Positions 57,402-64,000 of a stretch of 64,000 nt of DNA are shown here, piece by piece; position 1 is the stretch's first letter; each line of letters begins with the position of its first letter. The notes under the pieces were generated by a model. That model was not told the origin of the DNA and did no database searches. It saw only the letters and a list, made by a program, of their open reading frames with translations. The position numbers and the translations under genes are program-made. This DNA comes from Anaerolineae bacterium (GTDB taxonomy: Bacteria > Chloroflexota > Anaerolineae > B4-G1 > SLSP01): contig DAOPQD010000005.1 in NCBI GenBank assembly GCA_035347995.1, forward strand, positions 6,433 to 70,432, given 5' to 3'.

Positions 57402-59648
57402 ATGAAAAAAACTTACGTTGGTGAAGCGCATCCCCGCATTGACGGCCTCGCCAAGGTCACGGGGCAGGCACCCTATTCCGGCGATTTCAACATGGAGGGC
57501 CAGCTGCACATGAAACTGCGCTTCGCCGGCCGCCCGCACGCGCGGGTGCTCGGCGTGGACGCCAGCAAGGCCCTGGCTGTGCCCGGCGTTGTCGCGGTCT
57601 TCACCTCACGGGATGTGCCCGTGAACGAATACGGCCTGCAATATCCCGATCAACCGGTGCTGTGCGGCCCTGGCGATCCCAAAGAGGGCACCGATATCGC
57701 TCGTTTTGTGGGCGATCAAATCGCGGCGGTGGTCGCGGAGACCGAAGAAGCCGCGGCCAGGGGACGCGATCTCCTCGAGGTGGACTTCGAGGAGTTGCCG
57801 GCCGTGACCGATCCGCGCGCCGCGCTGGAACCGGGTGCGCCCATCCTGCACCCCGCCTACCCCGGCACCCCCATCCACCCGGAGCTGATCTTCGAGGGCA
57901 ACCTCGCCTCGCGGCATCGCATCCGGCGGGGCGATGTAGACGCCGCCTGGGATCAGGCCGCTGTCATCGTCGAATCGGACTACGAGATTCCGGGGCAGGA
58001 GCACGCCTTCCTGCAGCCTGAAGCGGCGCTCGCTTACATAGATGAAGCGGGGCGCGTGACTATCATCGCCAGCACGCAATGGATTCACGAGGACCGCCGT
58101 CAGATCGCGCACGCGCTGGGGCTGCCCGAAGAGCAGGTGCGGATCATTCTGCCTGCCATTGGCGGCGCTTTTGGGGGCAAAGAAGACCTCTCCGTGCAGA
58201 TCGTCGCCGCGCTGGCCGCGATGAAATTGCAACGTCCCGTCAAAATCGTGTGGACGCGGCGCGAGTCCATCATCGGACATCACAAACGCCATCATGTCTT
58301 TGCCCGCGCGCGCTGGGCGGCGGATGCCGAAGGGCGACTTCTGGCCGCCGAGACCCAGGTCGTCGCCGACGCCGGCGCTTACGTGTACACCACCAACAAG
58401 GTCCTGGGCAATCTGTTGCTCACCGTCAACGGCGCCTACCGCATCCCGAACGTCAAGACCGAGGTGCTGGGAATCTACACCAACAACGTGCCGGGCGGCG
58501 CTTTCCGGGGCTTCGGCGCGCCGCAGGGCAATTTCATCGCCGAATCGCAGATGAACAAACTGGCCGAGGCTCTGGGACTCGATCCGGTGGAAATCCGCCT
58601 GCGCAATCTCGTCCATGACGGCGACCCGATGCCGTGGGGCAAACCGCTCCCCGATGACGGGCGCGGGCTGGAGGAAAGCCTCCTCGCGGCGGCGCGAGCG
58701 CTGGGCTGGGAACAAACGCCGCAGGGCTGGCGCGCTCCCCGGGTCGAGCCGCGCCCCGGCGATCCACCCACCCGGCGGCGGGGGGTGGGGATCGCCCTGG
58801 CGTTCAAAAACGTGGGGTTTTCCTTCGGCTATCAGGAAAATGCCTGGGCCGCCATCGAATTGCGCGGCGATGCCGAGATCGAAAGCGCGACCGTCTTCGC
58901 CGCCAGCGCCGATGTGGGACAGGGAACGCGCACGGTGATCCGACAGATGGCAGCGGAGGCGTTGGGAGTTCCCATCGAGCGTGTCGAGGTGGCCGCCGCC
59001 GATAGCGCGATCACCCAAAGCTCCGGCTCCTGCTCCGCCTCGCGGATGACGTTTATGATCGGCAATGCAGTCCGGGGGGCGGCGGCCGCGGCGCTGGAGA
59101 AATGGCGCGCGGAGGAACGTCCCGCCAGGGCTGAAGTCACCTATCTCGCGCCGCAGACTACGCCCATTGATCCGCTGACCGGCTACGGACATCCCAATTT
59201 CTCGTATGGCTACGTCGCTCTCGGCGTGGACCTCAGCATTGACACGGAGACGGGGGAGCTGCACGTGGCCAAAGTCGCCTGCGCCAACGATGTCGGACAG
59301 GCGATCAATCCCCGGCTGGTGCAAGGGCAAATCGAGGGCGGGGTCATCCAGGCGCTGGGCTGGACCACCACGGAGCACTTCATCGAGAAAGACGGCCGGC
59401 CGCTCACCGATTCGCTCAGCACGTATCTGATTCCCACCATCGCCGATATTCCCGATCAGCTAGAGACGCTCATCCTCGAGAATCCAGAACCCAACGGTCC
59501 GTGGGGCGCTCGCGGCATGGGGGAGATGCCCTTCATCCCAATGGCAGCGGCCATGCATCAGGCAGTGCATGAGGCGACGGGCGTCTGGTACAACCGCTTC
59601 CCCTTCAACGCCGAGCGGATTTTGCGCGGAATTAAGGGGATCTATTGA
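57402..59648 (+). CDS. xanthine dehydrogenase family molybdopterin-binding large subunit
   Basis: 748-aa ORF with Ald_Xan_dh_C-type blocks ...GGAFGGKE...GGAFRGFGAPQGNFIAE... Confidence 0.9.
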   Translation: MKKTYVGEAHPRIDGLAKVTGQAPYSGDFNMEGQLHMKLRFAGRPHARVLGVDASKALAVPGVVAVFTSRDVPVNEYGLQYPDQPVLCGPGDPKEGTDIARFVGDQIAAVVAETEEAAARGRDLLEVDFEELPAVTDPRAALEPGAPILHPAYPGTPIHPELIFEGNLASRHRIRRGDVDAAWDQAAVIVESDYEIPGQEHAFLQPEAALAYIDEAGRVTIIASTQWIHEDRRQIAHALGLPEEQVRIILPAIGGAFGGKEDLSVQIVAALAAMKLQRPVKIVWTRRESIIGHHKRHHVFARARWAADAEGRLLAAETQVVADAGAYVYTTNKVLGNLLLTVNGAYRIPNVKTEVLGIYTNNVPGGAFRGFGAPQGNFIAESQMNKLAEALGLDPVEIRLRNLVHDGDPMPWGKPLPDDGRGLEESLLAAARALGWEQTPQGWRAPRVEPRPGDPPTRRRGVGIALAFKNVGFSFGYQENAWAAIELRGDAEIESATVFAASADVGQGTRTVIRQMAAEALGVPIERVEVAAADSAITQSSGSCSASRMTFMIGNAVRGAAAAALEKWRAEERPARAEVTYLAPQTTPIDPLTGYGHPNFSYGYVALGVDLSIDTETGELHVAKVACANDVGQAINPRLVQGQIEGGVIQALGWTTTEHFIEKDGRPLTDSLSTYLIPTIADIPDQLETLILENPEPNGPWGARGMGEMPFIPMAAAMHQAVHEATGVWYNRFPFNAERILRGIKGIY

Positions 59649-59668
59649 ACATTAAAGGGGAATGAAAA

Positions 59669-61078
59669 ATGTATCTCAAAAAAATCCGATTAAAAAACAT
59701 CAAATGTTTCTCGGATATCACCCTGGATTTTTCACCGGAGGGACAGCCGCGGCTTTGGACTGTGATTCTCGGACAGAACGGATTAGGCAAAAGCACCTTG
59801 CTTCAAGCTATTGGCATTGTATTGGCCGGCCCCATAGCTATACGTGAATTGCTCCCTGTAGCCGAAGGATGGGTGAAACGCGACTGCCCCTATGGAGAGA
59901 TTGAAGCCGAGCTTTTGTGGACCGAAGGCGATGCACAAATTCCAAAATGGCCCAAAAAAACGCCCTACACTGTAAAATACGCCATAGTTGGTGAAGATAT
60001 AGACAATGGAAGCCTGCCTTCTAATCTGGCGTCACAATATACTGGCGTTCCAATTGTGACAGAATGGGCGGGGGACGGCATTTCTAAAAAACAGGAAAAT
60101 ATTTCTAAGGATTTGAATCGCCTGAGACAGACAGCCTACGCGGAGGGAAAGACCGGCTGGCTGGGGTGCGGATATGGACCTTTCAGGCGTTTGAGTGGCG
60201 GAGCACAGAATGCAGATAGAATTTTGTATTCTGGTAGAAAATCTGCCCGCTTCATCACCTTATTCAGAGAAGACGCAGCCCTCACAAATGCCACCGAGTG
60301 GCTAATCTCACTCTACAACACCGGGCGAGATGGAAATGAATTAAGCCAGCGGACCTTGAGACAGGTAAAACGAATTTTCGAAGCCGAATTCTTACCTCGC
60401 CCTGCAGAATTGTTAGTAAATGCTCAATCAGCGCTTCTAAGGATTGAGGGACATAATCCGGTTCCTTTTCGAGACTTGAGTGATGGATATCGAAGTATGC
60501 TGGCGATGGGGATTGACCTGCTAAGATGGGTTAGCGTAGCTTTTCCAGAAAAAGAAGATCTCATGGAGGTCGCTGGGGTAGTGGTCATTGATGAACTCGA
60601 TGCCCATGCCCATCCCGCATGGCAACGTGAGATCGGCCATTGGCTACGACGAAAATTTCCAAAATTACAATTTATCATTGCAACCCATAGTCCTTTTTTG
60701 GCACAAGTCGCAGATGAACCCGGCGGGAATATTGTTTTAGTCCAGACCGAAGCAGGGGTACAAAAACGCGATGATGTGGAACTGGTTGAAGCCTGGCGAG
60801 CAGACCAAATTCTTACAGATCTTATGGAATTAAACTCTACTCGCTCACCAGAAGTGGATCGAAAAATCCATAAACTCAATGAATTAAGTCAAAAACGGGA
60901 AGCATTAGAGCAAAAACAGGAAAGGCTCCCCCCAGCACAAGAGGATGAATACCAACAACTCAGACTATGGGTTGAACAACTCCCGCCAGCCATTGAGGAT
61001 CCATGGCAACGGCGGCAGGCAGAAAGGGTTCAACAAGAAATCGCCCAAGCGCTTCCACAACTAGAGGAGCTTGAATGA
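59669..61078 (+). CDS. ptuA: Septu-type PtuA-like AAA_15/21 ATPase (low-GC islet)
   Basis: Walker A GQNGLGKST, Walker B VVVIDELDAHAHP, H-loop ATHSPFL, C-terminal coiled coil. GC is about 45%. Confidence 0.7.
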   Translation: MYLKKIRLKNIKCFSDITLDFSPEGQPRLWTVILGQNGLGKSTLLQAIGIVLAGPIAIRELLPVAEGWVKRDCPYGEIEAELLWTEGDAQIPKWPKKTPYTVKYAIVGEDIDNGSLPSNLASQYTGVPIVTEWAGDGISKKQENISKDLNRLRQTAYAEGKTGWLGCGYGPFRRLSGGAQNADRILYSGRKSARFITLFREDAALTNATEWLISLYNTGRDGNELSQRTLRQVKRIFEAEFLPRPAELLVNAQSALLRIEGHNPVPFRDLSDGYRSMLAMGIDLLRWVSVAFPEKEDLMEVAGVVVIDELDAHAHPAWQREIGHWLRRKFPKLQFIIATHSPFLAQVADEPGGNIVLVQTEAGVQKRDDVELVEAWRADQILTDLMELNSTRSPEVDRKIHKLNELSQKREALEQKQERLPPAQEDEYQQLRLWVEQLPPAIEDPWQRRQAERVQQEIAQALPQLEELE

Positions 61079-61830
61079 TAAAAGTTCGCCGTGGGCCACA
61101 ACCGGAAGGATTTCATGAACGAGCGATTAGCTGGCAAACTCGCTTTGAGCAAGAGCGAGAAAGTAATCCTTCGCTTACCATCACAAGATTCTGGGACAGA
61201 ATCCGAAATGAAATCCGCGCAGATGCAGAGCACCTATATCATGTTTCGCATGGGAAATGTGCTTTCTGTGAAAGTTACATGGCTGATGTATCTACCCCAC
61301 ACATAGAACACTATCGCCCCAAGAGCAAATTTCCGGAGCTGGCATTCGTTTGGGACAACTGGTTACTGTCATGCCAATGCTGCAATGGCAAAAAATGGGG
61401 ACACTTTCCAATATGTGAAGATCTGCCATGTTTGATAGATCCTGGAAATGAAGATCCAGAAATGCACATAACCTTCGAAGGATACACTCCAATCTCAAAA
61501 ACACCGCGTGGCGAAAAAACGATTGAATTGCTCGGGTTAAGACGAAGTCCCCTGGAAGACGAACGTAGCCGATGGTTAAACTATGTCAGCATATTATTGC
61601 TGAGCTGGTGTAATACTAAAGATTCAATGCTAAAAGACGAAATACGCGAGCTGCTTATCTGGGCCATGCAAGATGAGGCGCCATACGCCGCAATGACACG
61701 CTGCTTCTTGCAAAAGTATGCCCCGCGATTGGCTTCAAAAGCACATCCCCCTGTAACCTGCCCCAGGCCCTTGATGCGTATTCAAGAGCTAGTTGAACAA
61801 TGGAGTCATGAATTCGTTGGACTCGAGTGA
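61075..61830 (+). CDS. ptuB: Septu-type PtuB-like HNH endonuclease
   Basis: CAFCESYMADVSTPHIEHYRPKS...NWLLSCQCCNGKKWGHFP (C-x2-C, EH, N-W, C-x2-C-N). It overlaps the ptuA stop. Confidence 0.7.
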   Translation: MIKVRRGPQPEGFHERAISWQTRFEQERESNPSLTITRFWDRIRNEIRADAEHLYHVSHGKCAFCESYMADVSTPHIEHYRPKSKFPELAFVWDNWLLSCQCCNGKKWGHFPICEDLPCLIDPGNEDPEMHITFEGYTPISKTPRGEKTIELLGLRRSPLEDERSRWLNYVSILLLSWCNTKDSMLKDEIRELLIWAMQDEAPYAAMTRCFLQKYAPRLASKAHPPVTCPRPLMRIQELVEQWSHEFVGLE

Positions 61831-62437
61831 GAAGAGCCTCCGTTTCGGAGTCTTGGGCGGGAGCTTTGATCCGCCGCATTACGGCCATCTGGCGCTGGCG
61901 GAGACCGCGCGGGTGCAGCTGCAACTGGCGCGCGTGCTGTTCGTCCCAGCGGGAGAGCCGCCTCACAAAACGGACGTGGATTTGAGCCCGATTGCGAAAC
62001 GGGTCGCGCTCGTCCAGGCCGCCATCGCCGACAACGGCTCCTTCGCCCTCTCCCGCGTGGATGTGGATCGCGCCGGCCCCCATTACACGGTGGACATGCT
62101 GCGCCTGCTGCGCACGGAATTCCCGCAGGTGACCGACTGGTTTCTGCTGCTCGGCGAGGATTCGCTCCACGATTTTCTGAGCTGGCGCGCGCCAGAGGAA
62201 ATCCTCGAGCTGGCAGAACTCGCGGTGATGCGGCGCCCCGAAAAGCCCGCGCCGCTTGAGACATTGCAGGAACGCCTTCCCACGCTGGAGCGGCGGCTCA
62301 CCTGGTTGGATGTGCCACCGCTCCACCTCAGCGCCACCGAACTACGGCGCCGCGTCCGCGAGGGGTTGCCCCTGCGTTACCTGGTCCCGTTGCCGGTAGA
62401 GGTACTGATCCGCAAACACCAGCTCTACACGGGCTGA
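61808..62437 (+). CDS. nadD: nicotinate-nucleotide adenylyltransferase; start uncertain (the ATG at 61808 or a downstream TTG)
   Basis: GVLGGSFDPPHYGHLALAE... Confidence 0.8.
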   Translation: MNSLDSSEKSLRFGVLGGSFDPPHYGHLALAETARVQLQLARVLFVPAGEPPHKTDVDLSPIAKRVALVQAAIADNGSFALSRVDVDRAGPHYTVDMLRLLRTEFPQVTDWFLLLGEDSLHDFLSWRAPEEILELAELAVMRRPEKPAPLETLQERLPTLERRLTWLDVPPLHLSATELRRRVREGLPLRYLVPLPVEVLIRKHQLYTG

Positions 62438-64000
62438 TCCGCCAGCTCTAACGCGCCGTTCGCCGGCATTGCCAGTGGCTCCATCTGCAGCTGCACCAGA
62501 TTGAGGTGCCGATACAGCCCCTCTTGCGCGATCAGTTCCCGATGCGTCCCCATCTGCACGATGGTGTTGCCCTCCAGCACCACGATCTTGTCGGCGTTGC
62601 GCACCGTCGAGAGGCGATGCGCGATGATCAACGTCGTGCGCCCCACCATCAACCGCTCCAGCGCCTGCTGAATCAGCAGCTCCGTTTCGGTGTCCACCGA
62701 TGAAGTCGCCTCGTCCAAAATGAGGATGGGCGCATTTTTGAGCACGGCTCGCGCGATCGCCAGGCGCTGCTTCTGCCCGCCGGAAAGTTTCACCCCACGT
62801 TCGCCGATGAGGGTGTCGTAGCCATTGGGCAGCCGCCTGATGAAATCATGCGCATTGGCGACCTGCGCGGCGCGGAGAACTTCTTCCTCCGTGGCGTCCG
62901 GCTTCCCGAAAAGGATGTTTTCTCGCGCCGTGCCGTGGAAGAGAAACACGTCCTGCAACACAATGCTGATCTGCCGGCGCAGATACTCGAGCTTGAGCGC
63001 CCGCAGGTCGTAGCCATCGAGGGTGATGCTTCCCTCGCAGACGTCGTAGAAGCGAGGGATGAGGCTTGCCAGGGTGGTTTTGCCCACGCCCGTCGGTCCC
63101 ACCAACGCCACCACACCGTGCGCGGGAATCTCCAGGTTGATGTGTTCCAACACCGGTTCGCCCTCGTTGTACCAGAAACTCACATCGTGGAAAGCGATCG
63201 CGCCCTGGATCGGGGTCGGCAGCTCCCTCGCGTCCGGCGCTTCCACGACCGTCGGCTGCTCGTTGAGCAACTCCGAGACGCGCTCGGCGCCGGCGAGCGC
63301 TTCCTGCACCCCTTCCCATGCATCCGCCAGAACGCGGATGGGCTGATAAAACAGGTCGAGGTAAAGGTAAAAGGCGACCCAATCCTCCAGCGGCAAGACT
63401 TGCTGCAGCACCAATCGCCCGCCGAAGTAGATCATCAAAATCACGCCCAGGGAGGAGGTGAACTCCACGAAGGGGTGGAAGGTCGCCATGAGCCGCAGCG
63501 CACGCAACAGGGCGTCCCGGTACCGGGCGATGTGTTCCCCCACGTGTCCCGCCTCCAGCTCCTCACGCGTGAAGGCCTTGATCTCCCGAATGCCGGCGAT
63601 GTTGTCGTTGAGCGTGGCGTTGAGCTCGCCCAGCTCCTTCTGTCGCACCACGAATGCGGGACGAACGTAGCGGGCGAAACTGCGCATCGAGAGGATAATG
63701 AAAGGCACCGGGATCAGGCTGAGCAGCATCAACTGCCAGTTGATGGTGACGAGGACCGCCGTCACGCCGATCAAAGTGAGCGCATTGACGGTAATATCGG
63801 GGATAGCATGCGCGATGAGGCGCTCGAACATGTCCGAATCGTTCACCACGCGCGACATCAGTTGCCCGGTCTGTTTGTCCTCATAGAAGCGCAGCGACAG
63901 GCGCTGCAGGTGCACATAAATCTGATGCCGCACGTCCGCGACGACGCCCCATCCCGCGACATGTCCCATGTAGCTCCGCACGAACTGCAATCCGCCGCGG
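62425..64000 (-). CDS. ABC exporter, fused permease/ATPase (MsbA-like); the N-terminus lies beyond the window
   Basis: TMD followed by an NBD with GPTGVGKTT, LSGGQKQRLAIARAV and ILILDEATSSVD. Confidence 0.85.
   Translation of the reverse strand, partial: RGGLQFVRSYMGHVAGWGVVADVRHQIYVHLQRLSLRFYEDKQTGQLMSRVVNDSDMFERLIAHAIPDITVNALTLIGVTAVLVTINWQLMLLSLIPVPFIILSMRSFARYVRPAFVVRQKELGELNATLNDNIAGIREIKAFTREELEAGHVGEHIARYRDALLRALRLMATFHPFVEFTSSLGVILMIYFGGRLVLQQVLPLEDWVAFYLYLDLFYQPIRVLADAWEGVQEALAGAERVSELLNEQPTVVEAPDARELPTPIQGAIAFHDVSFWYNEGEPVLEHINLEIPAHGVVALVGPTGVGKTTLASLIPRFYDVCEGSITLDGYDLRALKLEYLRRQISIVLQDVFLFHGTARENILFGKPDATEEEVLRAAQVANAHDFIRRLPNGYDTLIGERGVKLSGGQKQRLAIARAVLKNAPILILDEATSSVDTETELLIQQALERLMVGRTTLIIAHRLSTVRNADKIVVLEGNTIVQMGTHRELIAQEGLYRHLNLVQLQMEPLAMPANGALELADQPV

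Noticed and set aside
55584-59378. 651-aa and 590-aa minus-strand ORFs
   Set aside because: Antisense to the AMP-nucleosidase-like and xanthine dehydrogenase genes.

Overview
This is a high-GC (~65%) bacterial chromosomal segment with no rRNA, tRNA, CRISPR array or transposase gene found by eye. The gene content suggests a Chloroflexota-like organism: an archaeal-type HMG-CoA synthase/thiolase/DUF35 trio next to a class II HMG-CoA reductase, RNase Y, and a recX gene without recA.

Main content by region:
- 1-11.4 kb: a roughly 11.4-kb co-directional minus-strand signalling gene array containing a DUF4388 protein, a Ras-like GTPase, an alpha/beta hydrolase, a V4R protein, a hexapeptide-repeat (LbH) acyltransferase-like protein, an acyl-ACP-reductase (AAR)-family oxidoreductase, a REC-GGDEF (degenerate) regulator, a large GAF/PAS hybrid histidine kinase, a single-domain response regulator (REC), and a second paralogous alpha/beta hydrolase.
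- 11.5-18 kb: recN, the archaeal-type mevalonate module, and a copy of a hairpin repeat element.
- 18-37 kb: a dGTPase-like gene, an adenosine kinase-like gene and SAH hydrolase, each preceded by the same ~85-nt co-linear leader element, which is a candidate undescribed cis-regulatory RNA.
- 22-33 kb: assorted housekeeping and envelope genes.
- 38-46 kb: ppa, ruvB, a GNAT gene split by a 139-bp MITE with a 4-bp target-site duplication, rnk, a low-GC two-gene islet (AAA_21-type ABC-like ATPase plus an unknown 163-aa partner) wedged between rnk and mutS, and mutS itself.
- 46-50 kb: a LysM coiled-coil protein, a second copy of the hairpin repeat element, and a pentapeptide-repeat protein.
- 50-53 kb: recX and rny.
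- 53-59.6 kb: a glycosyltransferase family 2 gene, then a xanthine-dehydrogenase-type cluster with an embedded AMP-nucleosidase-like gene.
- 59.7-61.8 kb: a low-GC Septu-like PtuA/PtuB defence islet inserted between the xdh genes and nadD.
- 62.4 kb to the window end: a partial ABC exporter.

The most novel candidates are the conserved leader element, the ATPase + unknown-partner islet, and the GTPase/V4R/hydrolase/two-component array.
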